This document shows, in pieces, positions 9,397 through 21,100 of a DNA stretch of 64,000 bases. A model generated the notes under the pieces. That model ran no database searches. It was not told where the DNA came from and saw only the letters and a list, made by a program, of their open reading frames with translations. This DNA comes from a virus (taxonomy: Duplodnaviria; Caudoviricetes), in IMG/VR virus record IMGVR_UViG_3300048861_000178, positions 224,001 through 288,000 of that record. The stretch is one strand, 5' to 3'. Both the position numbers and the translations under genes were made by a program. Numbering within the stretch: position 1 is the first letter of the stretch; the number at the start of each line of letters is the position of its first letter.

Positions 9397-9495
9397 CAAG
9401 GTGTCCTTATCCAATGCCCCTATGCTCGACGGGGGCTGGAGTCATAGTATCGGTCAAAAGGCACCGTAAATAGGCGAATTTACAAAGAGGGCGTT

Positions 9496-10056
9496 ATGTT
9501 CGTTGATCGCTGGAAGAACTGGGTGATGCGGGTCAGCCAGGGGCTGCGTGACCATAACACGCGCGCGCAGTATGAAGCACTCAAGAGGCGGCTTAAGGAG
9601 ATTCCGGAAAAGAAGCCGCATCGCCAGAGCTGCGAAGAAATTTTGACCCTGCTGGAACCGGACAAGTACATTGGCTATCAGCCGTACTATGCCAAGCAGG
9701 TGAAGCTCGGTGAAGACATCGCCAATCTGGAAGCGTTCACCAAACGCCTACTGGATACTTCGGCGATGGTATTGAAGGAAACGCCAATACCGCCTGGCTG
9801 GATGAAACCCGATGAAGTGCTGGTGCAGTTTGATCGGCTCTTTATCGCAAGTGGGGGCTACTACTTGGATGTCGCACAAAGCGTGCACAAGTTCAAGGTA
9901 GCGGGTCTGCGACTGTGTGAGCTGATGCGTGAATCAGACACCGCGACGCATGGCATCCACGAGCACAACTTTCGTATGCTGTCACGACTCTTTGTGCAGT
10001 TGCGGGAACTGAGCACCGCATTGGTGGAGGTGGGGCTCGAGCAGGGCAAGAAGTAA
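9496..10056 (+). CDS. Hypothetical protein
   Basis: 186 aa, GAGG SD. Confidence 0.7.
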   Translation: MFVDRWKNWVMRVSQGLRDHNTRAQYEALKRRLKEIPEKKPHRQSCEEILTLLEPDKYIGYQPYYAKQVKLGEDIANLEAFTKRLLDTSAMVLKETPIPPGWMKPDEVLVQFDRLFIASGGYYLDVAQSVHKFKVAGLRLCELMRESDTATHGIHEHNFRMLSRLFVQLRELSTALVEVGLEQGKK

Positions 10057-10106
10057 AACAAGGCGCAGGACTTAATAGCGATTTACAATTGAAACGCGAG
10101 GTACAA

Positions 10107-10532
10107 ATGGCAAAGAATCAGATGGCGAACATCCTCGCCAAAACCGACAAGGACGTAGGCGGCACATACGGTCCGAACGGGGTGCTCTCTCGCCTCTTCC
10201 GGAAGCTCTTGCTGACCATGAACGTCAATGAGAACCGGTGGAACATCCTAATGCATGCGTTCCTGAACGATCCGCGTAACGGCGTACCCAATACGCGTAA
10301 GGATCAGACCAGCATGCGGGGGAATTTGACGAAGGAATTCGCCCGGCCGCAGATGACGTGGAAAGTGTTCTGCAAGGCCATGATGTTCATGCAGTTTGTT
10401 CACTTCGAGGTGTGCATCATCGCGCGCGACAAACACGGGCGTGAAATTGCGTTTAGCACAGATGTGAATCTGGGCGACCGCACGGTGCCTACTCAGACGT
10501 TGACTGACAACACACCTAAGGGAGACGAATGA
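10107..10532 (+). CDS. Conserved jumbo-phage hypothetical protein
   Basis: GAGG SD; 'GVLSRLFRK...RGNLTKEF...MTWKVFCKAM'. Confidence 0.7.
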   Translation: MAKNQMANILAKTDKDVGGTYGPNGVLSRLFRKLLLTMNVNENRWNILMHAFLNDPRNGVPNTRKDQTSMRGNLTKEFARPQMTWKVFCKAMMFMQFVHFEVCIIARDKHGREIAFSTDVNLGDRTVPTQTLTDNTPKGDE

Positions 10533-10595
10533 GCCATCTTCGTTCCCGAGTGCTGTCAGCTCGGGTTGAACTAATCGAGCGCGAGGATAGAAGGA

Positions 10596-11309
10596 ATGTT
10601 CAATGATCGTGAACGCAAGGGAAGAGTGCGTTTCCCGAACATTAGTGACGAACGCCGTCGAGAAGCGTCCCAGGAAAAGTCGGGCGCTGAGGCAAACGCA
10701 CAAGACAATACAAGGACGGGAGCCAAACCCGCGGAGAAAGTCATGCAAGCAGTAACGGAGGAAGTGCAGGTGCCGGTGCATCCGCTCGTTCTGGAAGATG
10801 GCAACACGCATATCAACATCGATGCGTTTGCGCAGACTGAATTGGGCCGCATGCTGGTGCATCAGTTCGCGTCAAAGTTCGAGCACCCGCAGTTCGGGCG
10901 CTTTCGTTCAGTCGAGGGATTCTGGGGCTATGTGCGTGATACAACGCGCGATGACCGCTGGCGTTACGTCTCCGGCATGACGGCCAAGCGCGAGACGCGC
11001 AACTTGGGGGTGCGCTGGATCGCCAATTTTCACCAGATCATTATGGAGGCGAACTACTTCAAGATCGAGCAGAATGACCATCTCAAAGCGCTCTTTGTGG
11101 CTTCTGAGTTGCCGTTCGATCACTACTACATCTTTCGTGGTAAGGAAGCCAGCGCCAACGACCCCGGTTTCCCGATTCGTCCTCAGATTGCTCCCTGGTT
11201 CACCCGCGGCATGGAGAGCATTCGCACGATGATGAAGGAAGGGCGTCGTCCGGATAAACCCGACTACAGCGACGTGTTCAATCCCAATCCGGAACGGAAC
11301 GGGCACTAA
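10596..11309 (+). CDS. NADAR-like (T4 gp30.3-type) protein
   Basis: 'FRSVEGFWGY...RYVSGMTAKR...ANYFKIEQNDHLKALF' parallels the T4 30.3 NADAR motif order. Confidence 0.55.
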   Translation: MFNDRERKGRVRFPNISDERRREASQEKSGAEANAQDNTRTGAKPAEKVMQAVTEEVQVPVHPLVLEDGNTHINIDAFAQTELGRMLVHQFASKFEHPQFGRFRSVEGFWGYVRDTTRDDRWRYVSGMTAKRETRNLGVRWIANFHQIIMEANYFKIEQNDHLKALFVASELPFDHYYIFRGKEASANDPGFPIRPQIAPWFTRGMESIRTMMKEGRRPDKPDYSDVFNPNPERNGH

Positions 11310-11331
11310 CGCAGTTCGCGTTGTATCGCTC

Positions 11332-11379
11332 GGGGAGGCTTCGGCCTCCCCTATGCCCCTTCTTCTTTTTTTTTTGTTT
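11332..11379 (+). terminator. Rho-independent terminator
   Basis: GGGGAGGC-TTCG-GCCTCCCC, then TATGCCCC and a T tract. Confidence 0.8.
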
Positions 11380-11390
11380 CGAGGACCACC

Positions 11391-12917
11391 ATGCCGTCTA
11401 TTACCGATGCGGTTCAGAGCGCTACTAACGCTGTGGCTGCGAGCACCAGCACGGCACTGACGGGTGTCAATGGTGCGATGTCTGCGCAGCAAGCTGCACT
11501 GGCGCAAAATGCCTGGGTCGGCTCAGCGGATAACGCGCTGGCTACCGCGGACGTCTACAACCCCCCTGGTGGCAATGCCATCATCACGGACGTCCAGAAT
11601 CTGTTTCAGAAGTTTGACTTCTCCATCTCTGACGTGTTGCGGGGCGGGAAGTTTATCGCCCAGGAAGCGGGGGCGGTGATGGCAGGCCTGCGAACGGGCT
11701 TGCGGGTGGCTGGGCAGATTCAGCGCGGTGTCACCATGCTGCAAAAGGGTGACATCATGGCGCGTATCCTCGGTGCCTCGCTGGTCACCAAGGGCGCTCT
11801 TAATGCGCTTGGCCTCGCAGGGCTGGATAATATCGCCGGGTCGATCAATGCTGGAATTGGGGCTGCCCAAGGTGCCGTGGGTCAAGCGGTCGGTCAGGTG
11901 GGTACGCAGATCTACGCCGAACTCGGTGGTGTGATGCAGCAGGTCGATCAGGCCTATGCGGGCGGTATGCAGGCGCTCGGGGAATGCATTAACTCGCTTG
12001 GCATCAGTGCGAACTTCAATATCAATGACGTCGGGGTGAAGGTCGGTCTGTATGCTGGCCTGATTCAAACCTCGTGCGGCTATGGGATTCCCAATTCGTT
12101 CGGCTCGCTCACTGCAGCCATTACGGATCGTGGCATGCTCGCGCAGATTACCGCGAGGGTCTTGCCTTCGGTGATTGCCAGTGGTGACGTGCACAGCCTG
12201 ATGTCGATTGGTGCGACCCTGGGCGCGCGCGGCGCCTACGCCTACAATCCGAACATCCTGGCGGACTTCAGTTCCTCGTACTACCTGCCCCCGCCCTCGT
12301 CCAATACGAATCAGGTGGATTACGCAGACTGCTTTAGCAACTTGACCAGCGCCTACAGTAGTGTTGATCCGGAGTGGGCGACGCTGAATCGGGAAACCAC
12401 CATTACCGATGCTGATGGTAATGACGTGACGCAAAACGATCCGGCGTTTAATCTGAATGCGATCACCAATGGCTCGGATGACTTTAAGAAGGTGATCCAG
12501 CAGGGTGTGACCAGTACTACGGATCGCACCAATAACGTGATGGCTTTGGCTGGGGTGGTGCAGCAATCTACCGTGGCGGACAAGCTGGCTTCGCAGTTCC
12601 CGATGACCGTGTTTGGGGGCAACAGTCAGTCGGCCTCCACGCAAGATCCGCTGGCACTGGCTTCGGGGGCTCAACCGATCACGGTACCGTCCGGTTACTC
12701 GAACGTCTCGCCCAATACGGGACAAACGGTCAACCCGGCGCCGGACCCGAAGACGATCAATCCGGATACGGGTCGCGCTTACGACCTGAGCGATCCGGGT
12801 GTCAAGACCGAGAACGGCATCAACGTGTGGCCCAATGGTCACTGGCAGATTGGGGGTACCTACACGAACAAGGATACCGGCCAAAGCTACGTGGCTAAGA
12901 GCATTACGTTCGACTAA
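11391..12917 (+). CDS. Putative virion structural protein
   Basis: 508 aa, Ala/Gly/Thr-rich, GAGG SD, convergent with the gp182-like gene. Confidence 0.6.
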   Translation: MPSITDAVQSATNAVAASTSTALTGVNGAMSAQQAALAQNAWVGSADNALATADVYNPPGGNAIITDVQNLFQKFDFSISDVLRGGKFIAQEAGAVMAGLRTGLRVAGQIQRGVTMLQKGDIMARILGASLVTKGALNALGLAGLDNIAGSINAGIGAAQGAVGQAVGQVGTQIYAELGGVMQQVDQAYAGGMQALGECINSLGISANFNINDVGVKVGLYAGLIQTSCGYGIPNSFGSLTAAITDRGMLAQITARVLPSVIASGDVHSLMSIGATLGARGAYAYNPNILADFSSSYYLPPPSSNTNQVDYADCFSNLTSAYSSVDPEWATLNRETTITDADGNDVTQNDPAFNLNAITNGSDDFKKVIQQGVTSTTDRTNNVMALAGVVQQSTVADKLASQFPMTVFGGNSQSASTQDPLALASGAQPITVPSGYSNVSPNTGQTVNPAPDPKTINPDTGRAYDLSDPGVKTENGINVWPNGHWQIGGTYTNKDTGQSYVAKSITFD

Positions 12918-12935
12918 GCTTGAATGCCTGTTTTA

Positions 12936-12975
12936 ACGTCATAAGGGCCAGGGTTTCCCCTGGCCTCTATGCCGT
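12936..12975. terminator. Bidirectional hairpin with CGTCATA/TATGCCG flanks
   Basis: GGCCAGGG/CCCTGGCC stem; near-identical to the element at 43940. Confidence 0.75.
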
Positions 12976-12978
12976 CGA

Positions 12979-15090
12979 TTAGTTACGGACGGTGCGACCA
13001 AAGATCGCAGAGACTAAACTGCCCGGCAAGGTATCCCCGGCAAAGCTCGCAAAGTGTGCCGTGCTATACCAGGTCTTCCAGCTCGTCATGGCCCGAGTCA
13101 AGTTAAGCTTGAACTTGTTCATCGAATAGATCTGATCTGTGAGACCCATGCCTGACAACACCGCCATGTAGTCCGTGAAGGTATTGTCATCGTCGAACAT
13201 CGAGCCGATGGTTTGCGCGGCGTTGTTCAAAGCATCTGCCCCTGCACCAAGGGCACCGCCGATGGCACCCCCGAGTGCTGCCCCACCAATTGCCGTGAGC
13301 GGACCGCCACCTGCACCCACCACACCACCTGCAACGGCACCCAGCTCACTACCTGCTGCCGTGGCATTGGAGGAGAAGCCCTGACTGATCGGCATCGCGA
13401 GCACCGTGGACATGTCCATGAACGTAATGCTCACTTCAATGCCCATCGCGTGGCCCTTGTTGTTAAAGCCCGTGTTACCCGTACCGCGGGTAATCGACAA
13501 GCTCTCCACCATGGACAAACGTGACTGGCAACGACCCCGGTCAAAGATCTCACACAGGAACGGACTCGTGTAGGACTGCTTACCGGTCGCAATCGGCAAG
13601 GTCATGGCAAGCAGCATCGCCAGCGGCACGTAGAGATTGAGCAGCTGCGAGACACGATTGCCGTACGGGCTTACCAAGTTGATGGTGTAGCTCATACGGG
13701 GCAAGGACGCAGCGGACGACTGCCAGGAACGCGGGATGTCCACAAACGCTGCACCGCCCAGCGCGGCCAGACCCGACAAATGCAAGGAGTCCAAGCCACC
13801 CTTGATGAAATTGCCCACTGCACCGAAGGCGCCGGTGATCATGCTGCCAATTGCCCCACCGCCCAGGTTACCGTTCGCCAGGTCAAACTCAGCCGAGCGG
13901 GCCTGTGAGGAGATGCTATTGATCTTCTGCGCGATTTCCGATTCCTGAGCCTGACTGGAAAACGACTCACCCACCGGGCCGGTTGCATTGACCCGGAAGC
14001 CGACAAAAGCCGAGCCGTCATTGATCTCCGCACCAAGGAATTCAAAGAAGCCCGCATCGTAAGCCTGGTTGGGGGCCGTCGTACCACTGTCGTCGTTATT
14101 AAGCGACTCCGTAGTCGAACTATCGCCACCTTCCCCAGCGGCTTGGGGAATGGCCTGCGAGGAGCCCAGCCATTTCTTCAGGTAATCACTCCAGCCCGTG
14201 CCGCCATTGTCTTTCAAGGACTGGCTATAGGCCTTCTGCACCGCGCTCGTCAGATCGAGGTTATCGGCATTAAACGCCTGCTTCAGGTTGTTCTGATGCA
14301 AGGTGGCGAGCCGCTGCGCCCGGTTAGCCATCGCGTAGACGTTGATCGAACCGCCTTCGTTGATGATGTCAGGCAAAAGCTGATGCAGCTGCGTTTGGGC
14401 TTTGGCATCGAACTGGTAGCCTTCGCCCAGTTGCTGAGCAAGTGAGGTACCGCCAATGCGTGGCACAATCCCCATGTTCACCGCAATCTGGTTGACGATG
14501 GTTTGCACCGCATTCCAATACAACGGCATGGCGGGCTTCGAGTAGTAGAACTTGCTCGAGGGCTTTTGCAAGAAAAAGCGCGCCGCATTACCCAGCAGCG
14601 TCACGGCCAGCAACTTCCACGACAGGATCGAGACGACAAAGCCTGCGGCGCGACCCAGCTCATAAAACGCTGAGGGTGCGCGACCTGTGCGCGCCAGCGT
14701 GCCTGCGCTGGTGTTATAGAAACCGGTGAAGAAGGTCGTCAACGAATTGAACGACGGCAGACCACAACGGATATTGATGATCTGCGAGTTTGCCGCAATG
14801 GCTTCGCCGTAATAGCGACCATAGCCGGTATTCCCGGCCCGGTTGACCTGGTTAGGATTCCAGCTCCCGTTGGGCGCGCGGGGTTTCAGATCCGCGTTGC
14901 GGGTAAACTGCGGCGGCGGATTGATACACAAACTTCCACCAGGGCGGGTGTCCTGAAAGTCCAGACTCACCGGCGTGAAGATCCGGTTTTGCTGATCCAC
15001 CGGTTGCAGGTGAGACAGGTTCACCAGAAAAGACTGCCGTACCCACGAGGCGTCTTTTTCAAGATTATTCAGCGAGACTGTTGAAGCCAC
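12979..15090 (-). CDS. Virion tail/baseplate protein (phiKZ gp182-like)
   Basis: 703 aa, GTG start with AGGAG; 'INPPPQFTRNAD'; follows the gp181-like gene. Confidence 0.7.
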   Translation of the reverse strand: MASTVSLNNLEKDASWVRQSFLVNLSHLQPVDQQNRIFTPVSLDFQDTRPGGSLCINPPPQFTRNADLKPRAPNGSWNPNQVNRAGNTGYGRYYGEAIAANSQIINIRCGLPSFNSLTTFFTGFYNTSAGTLARTGRAPSAFYELGRAAGFVVSILSWKLLAVTLLGNAARFFLQKPSSKFYYSKPAMPLYWNAVQTIVNQIAVNMGIVPRIGGTSLAQQLGEGYQFDAKAQTQLHQLLPDIINEGGSINVYAMANRAQRLATLHQNNLKQAFNADNLDLTSAVQKAYSQSLKDNGGTGWSDYLKKWLGSSQAIPQAAGEGGDSSTTESLNNDDSGTTAPNQAYDAGFFEFLGAEINDGSAFVGFRVNATGPVGESFSSQAQESEIAQKINSISSQARSAEFDLANGNLGGGAIGSMITGAFGAVGNFIKGGLDSLHLSGLAALGGAAFVDIPRSWQSSAASLPRMSYTINLVSPYGNRVSQLLNLYVPLAMLLAMTLPIATGKQSYTSPFLCEIFDRGRCQSRLSMVESLSITRGTGNTGFNNKGHAMGIEVSITFMDMSTVLAMPISQGFSSNATAAGSELGAVAGGVVGAGGGPLTAIGGAALGGAIGGALGAGADALNNAAQTIGSMFDDDNTFTDYMAVLSGMGLTDQIYSMNKFKLNLTRAMTSWKTWYSTAHFASFAGDTLPGSLVSAIFGRTVRN

Positions 15091-15110
15091 GGCTGCTCCT
15101 ACGAAATAAA

Positions 15111-15132
15111 GAGGGGAGCCGAAGCTCCCCTC
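15111..15132 (-). terminator. Terminator hairpin
   Basis: GAGGGGAGC/GCTCCCCTC stem just after the tail-lysin stop. Confidence 0.65.
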
Positions 15133-15135
15133 GTG

Positions 15136-18100
15136 TTAAGCCATTTTGGACATGGAAACCGGAGCAGAGGGCATCGGCTGCGGTGTCTTCCTTTGCATAG
15201 CATCAGGCGAGAGCGTGCCCGTCGGCGTCTTCGAGTTCGCTTGGGAATTGCTCCCTTGCTTACCGGCAAAACCCACGAGTTGTTGCAACGCCGTCAGCAT
15301 CTGCTTTTGGACATCGAGCGATTGCTTGAGTACATCGGAGACCGGACCGAGTGTTTTGGCCAGATCTTGCGACTGCGCTTGGCTCTGGGCTGCCAGATCC
15401 TTACTGCGGTTCTGGAAGCCCCCCATGGCAGCGGCGGTTTGGCTATTGATGGAGTCAGGCAAGGCGCTAACTGCTGCACTCGCGCCATTATCCACCGGCC
15501 CAGCATCCGGCGCAGTTGTCGGGGTTGACTTCAATGCCGGAGCCGGACCAGGCGTCTGATCCGCGACCTTGATGATCCCGCCTGCTGCCCCTGTTGCGGC
15601 CGCCGCACCCGTACCGCCCGCACCACCTGTGGCCGGAGCACCCCCCGTCGAAGCGACTTGGGTACCCGCCTCACCTGCCTTGGCATTGGGGTCGGGCTTA
15701 CCGCCTAACTGACCTTGCTGAGCCTGACCGAGGTAAGCCTGGAACTTCGCCTGCCGATCGCTCAGGCCGTTCGTGCCACCGTTGATCGCTTTGGTGACCG
15801 AGAGCACATCGCCTGCTTTCGCAGCCGCTGAAGACACCCGATCCTTCCAGTACGCCAGCGCAATCTTAGCCGCATTGGCCGGGTCAGACGCGAGATCCGG
15901 ATTGTTCACCAGATCCAAGCCTGTCATCTTGCCGTACTTGGCGTAGTTGGCCTTACCGGTCAACTGGACGACACCCCGACCCCGATAGGTCCAGCCATCA
16001 TCCGGCGCGGTGTTCCCCATGCGACCACCGTAGATCCGATTGGCAATTGCTTGCGGACCACCAGCAGCCACATTGGCAGCATCGCCTTCACCATTAAAGT
16101 GCGACTTAAACAGACTCGCGAGCACCGAGGGTCGATAGTTCAGATTTTCCGAGAGGGACTTAAAGCCCCCGCTCTCATGGTCCATCTGCGCCATGAACAT
16201 CGCTTGCTCAGTCGGGTCACTCATGCCTGCGGTTTTCATCGCCGCAATCAACGCACCCTTAATGGCCGAGGCCGAAGCCGTGAGGGTCGCACCAATCTTA
16301 CCGGCTGCGCCCTTTGCCGCCTGGTAGCCTGACTTCAGGGCGTCGCCTGCACCCGAGATGAGACTCGACGCAGCCGAGCCTACTGAGCTGGCAGCACTCT
16401 TTGTCGCATCCCACGCATTGCCTGCAAACTGTTTGGTCTTATCCCAGGCGTTACTGATGCCTGACTTAAGATTATCCATCCAGCTCGGCTCAGGCTTGTT
16501 ATCGCCCTTGGTCGCGGCGTCGTGCTTAGCCTCGTCCTTGGCTTTCACCGCCTTGTCGTTGGTCTTCTTGTCCTTATCTTTCTCGACCTCCTTATCGTTG
16601 GCGGCTTGCACCTCGTCCATCACAGCTTTCACGTCATCGGCTCCCGCACTCAATTGCTTCTCACCCGGAATCGGTGAGACCATCGAGTTATACGGCTCAG
16701 CAGGCATGCGAATGCCTTGCAGGAAAGTCTTCTTCTCCGCTGAGGACAACTTATCGTTGGCATCCGACAACGCCGTGCCCTTCTTGATGTTATTCAAAAT
16801 AGTGAGGTGGGTGATAAAGACCGGCTTAAAGCGCCGCACGTACCAGGTGGCAAAGTTCTGCACCTGATCCTTATCCTGCAGATCGACACCCAGGCCTTCA
16901 ACGGCGCTCTTGATGTCCACCTTCTTCGGATCAATCTGCGCTTGACCACCGACGTACGTGACACCTGGCATCAATGCGTTTTCCAACGCAAACACCTTGT
17001 GCACATTGCCGTCGTCCTCGGGCTTCCAGCCGTACTGAGCGTAACGGATCTTTGAGAGCGCGTCGAGCTTGTTACGGCTCAGGAGTCGATAGCCGCCGTA
17101 CACTGCAGCCCCAGCAGCCGCAATACCGAGAGCAGGCAAGAGCACAGGCGAAGCAAGCACCGCCCCAAGTCCAGTAAGGAGTGCCCCGCCTGCAGCGCCT
17201 GCAAGGCCCAATGCTCCACCTTCAACACCGAGTAGACCAGCAGCCCCAGAAGCAAGAGACCACCCAGTCGCAGCATCACCTGCATAGCCCAACCCCTTTC
17301 CAATGGTATCGTGGCCGGTGGCATTGGCCAGTGCCGAAGCACCCGTGAGTGCTACGCCTGCACCCAAGCCTTTGCCCCACTTCAGACCGCCCATGATGCG
17401 ACTACCGAGACCCTGCTTAGCCGCACCACCTACGATGTTTTCAGCGGCTCCAGCAGCTGCACCAGCTCCGCCCTTACCGAAGAGTCGCCCCAGGCCCGGA
17501 ATCTTGCGCAGGAGTTTACCCCCAGGAATCTTGCCCAGGATCTTGTCAGCAATCGTTTGTTCGACTGCGGATTCGATCCCATCGGCCAGACCGCCCTTGG
17601 AGTCGTCTTCGTCATCGTTCTTTTTCTTGCGCTTGAATAGGCCACTGAGCAGGCTGAGAATACCGCCCTTCTTCTGGCCGTCATCGCCTTGGCCGTTCTG
17701 CCCCAGGTGCTTCTTCCACTCCTCTTCGAGCTGTTCCTTACGCGACTTGTGCTGGTCCTCGATCGAGCCCTTACGGATGATGTGCCGTTCAGGCAGGCGG
17801 TCTTTGAGCAAGTCACGAATCTCTTCCACGGCTGACATCAGTTTCTTGCCGCCACCAAAGAAAATCCCCGTCTTACCAAAGAGAGCACCCAGGCCACTGA
17901 ACATGCCCTTACCCAGACCGAACGCATGACCGATGCCTTGGTTCACCCCTCCGGCCAACCACTTAAGTGCGCCGAACCCACCGCCGAGAATCTTCGTGGC
18001 GCCTGACAGAATGCGTGCTACCCCGTGTTTGAGCGGGTTGCCGTTCTTGTCATACAGACCGCGCTTGAATTCCTCTTCGTCGAGTACCGTGACACCCTTG

Positions 18101-21100
18101 TAGTTGTAGACTTCGCCATCGATGTCTTTTGGACTCTTGATAGCTTTGTCATTGACCGCCGAGTGATAGCCGCCTGCGCGCATGGTCTTCGCGTCCAGTG
18201 CCTTACGCAGTCGCTTCGGATGATCCTTATCGAACACGTACACATCTTGCGGACCATTGGCATAACCCAGTGCGCCTTTGATGGCCAGCTCGCCGAGTTT
18301 AGCGATCGCTTTGTAGCCCGCCAGAGGGCCGCCCAAGAGGTTGCCACCGAGGAAGCTACCGAGCTTGCTGGCGACCTTGACACCGGCACCCAGACCCCTT
18401 AGCGCCTTCTTAACGAGCCCTTCTCGCACATAGGCGGTCGAGGCCTGCTCCTCGGTCATGACAATGCCTGAGGCATCGGCCACAGCACCCTGAATATCGC
18501 GCCAGGTCCTGACGGGTTTGCCCGTCTTGACATCGAAGTACTCACCAGCCTTCAGACGCGCCGCATAGAGCAGGACCTTACGCGGACCCGTTTCTTCCGA
18601 ATACACGTCCTTAAAGCCGCGGGCCTTGTCAAGCACCTTGCCTGCCAGGCCGGTTGCCATACCGCCCACCGCTTTCGCCGTGCCGAAGAGACCACCGAAG
18701 CTACTGCCGACCAGCCAGTTACCCAGCTTGCCTGCATTCTTCATGCCACCCCATGCACCCGAGGCGAGGCTCTTGACGCCGTCCTTGATGGACTTGTTCC
18801 ACCAGCGTACCTTGCCACCCGTACCTGCAGCACCTGCCGGGATCGACCCATCTGCAGCGTTACCCACCACCATCACGGGCAGTGCGTCGGCAAAGCGCTC
18901 CTGGATGGCCTTGATCCCGTCGCTAATGGACCCTACGCCTTCGGAGAGTTTCTCGAGCAGCGTCTCGATGTGGTTCTTGGCATTCTCATGCAGTGCGCGT
19001 GCACCCGAGGCCGTCCGGTTAGCAAACTCACGCGCATGATCTCGTGCATTGCTAAAGAATCCGCCAGCGCGTTGCGTACCCGCAGCCTGCAAACCTGCCG
19101 CACCTTGTACTGCACTGTGCGCCGTTGCCCCCATGGCAGAGACGGTTTGCTCCACCAACGCATTGACTTGCTGAACCGGTACTCCCAGCTTTTGCAAGTA
19201 GTTCGCCAACTGCTGACGATACTTGGGCGTGCCGACCGCGGCGTTCGGTTGCGGGCTATAGGCACCCGCATTGGCAGTCGTCGGTACAAAGCTCGGCGTA
19301 ATCAGACCAGGCGTTGCAAAGGACGGGACGGGACCGGCCGCCAATTGAGACAGGGCTTGATGCACCCCACCGCGATTTGCGCGACCAATACTGCCTGCAT
19401 TGCCACGCCGCCGACGACGACGCGGACCCACAGCAGCTGCAGCCGCCCCAGCTTGAGCGGGACGAAAACCATTCGCGGTACTGCCCGTGGCGGGGTTAAA
19501 GTCCTTACCGTAATAGTAGTCAAAGAACTGCTCGAGCTTCACGCCATCTTCGTCATCATTAAGCAGGCCCGCTTCATTCAAGAAGTCGTTCATGCCCAGA
19601 TTGGAAAAATGCTGAACCTTTTCACGCGAGGCGGACGCGTACTGACCAAACGCATTGTACGCATTGGCAAACGAGTGCTTGCGCTCGTTATCGTGATCAT
19701 TGCGGAAGTACGTCTTGAACAGATCGGCAAACGCATCAGCGTGCGGTGCGGCATCGCCATCATAACGGCGCCGGTTACCGAGCACTTCTTCGCCACCCAG
19801 TCGACCCTTGACGTTATTGCGCAAGAGTTGACTGCCCAGAATCTTCTTCTGTTCCGGGGTGAGGGTTTTACCTGTCTTGGTGGTGACTTCATCGATCAGG
19901 CTATCGATCGACTCGGTAGTCCACTTGCGCTCGTTGTCTTTGACCAGGGACTTAAACGCGTTCGTATGCACATTGCTTTGCGTGTCGAACTTGTTCTTGG
20001 TGTAGTCATAGTGCGTCATCTCGACGTTCGGGTCCCCGGTGCGGGTGACTTGCAACTCACGCAGAATCCGAGCGAGGTAGCCAGGGATGATCTCGTTCAA
20101 CGACTTCGCCGACTGACGGCTAAAGTAGGACGGCTCACCCATGCTCTCGACCGTGTCCTTTTGCAGACCGGTTTGCATCTTTTGCGACTGCTTGACATTC
20201 ATCTTCAAGAAGCGCACCAGCCCATCGGTCAAGCCGCCGTTCTCCCCCTTCGAGGAGCGAGCCCATTCACCGAGCATCTGCGGGATATTCTCCGCGCCGT
20301 ATTGCAGCTTGTTACCGAACTTCTTCACGCCCGGCATCTTCGCCAGGTGCGGGGCCATCTTCTTGGCAATCCACTGACCAATGAAGTCAGTCCCCAGCGC
20401 TCCACCCAGCATCCCGGCAGAATGGAACGGATCGGTTTGCATGCCCATCGCCTTGGCCATGTCATCGGCGTCGAGCACCCCGTTAGCGATGTCGAGCCCG
20501 GTGCGACCAATTCCCAAGCCATTCTTCACACCCCGCAAGGCATTCTTCTGCAAGTTGCCCGTGAGGTTATTCAGGAACTCCTGGCCGCGACCGAGGATCG
20601 TGCCACCAATCAGTTTCATGGCTTGTTGCTTGGCCATGTCTTTAAAGGTGTCCGAGGCCTTGAGCTTGGCTTGCTCGGGCAGCGCCGTATTGTGCACCAC
20701 ACTTTGCAGGAGCAGACGCATCTCTGCGTTGCTGCGCTTGGCTTCTTCCAGCGCGTCTACAGCAACGAAGTAATGGCGGTACTGGAGCTCGAGCGACTTG
20801 CGATGGTAGTTAGCGGTAACGTTGGACTGGTAATCCACAAGCTGAGCAATGCCAACGCGCAGCGAGTCCATCTGCTTAAGCTTGTCCCGATGGCGGACTT
20901 GTTCGAGGCCTTCACGGAGTCGATCCTTCGTGTCTGATTCAGTGGTTTGTTTGTATTGGAGTTCGGACTGCACCTGAGCGAAGCCTGCGAGCATCGCACT
21001 GATCTCGGCTTCGCGAGGATCATAGTTCGAGCTACCCGGCTTGGCGTCGGCCGTCTCGGTCCAGTCCTTCACTTGCTTCTTGAGCTTGTCCGGCATCGCC

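Noticed and set aside
18970-20937. 655 aa plus-strand ORF, and similar long ORFs at 35653-37575, 27930-29420, 11523-12884 and 42720-43913
   Set aside because: Antisense to well-supported genes; explained by GC-rich codon bias
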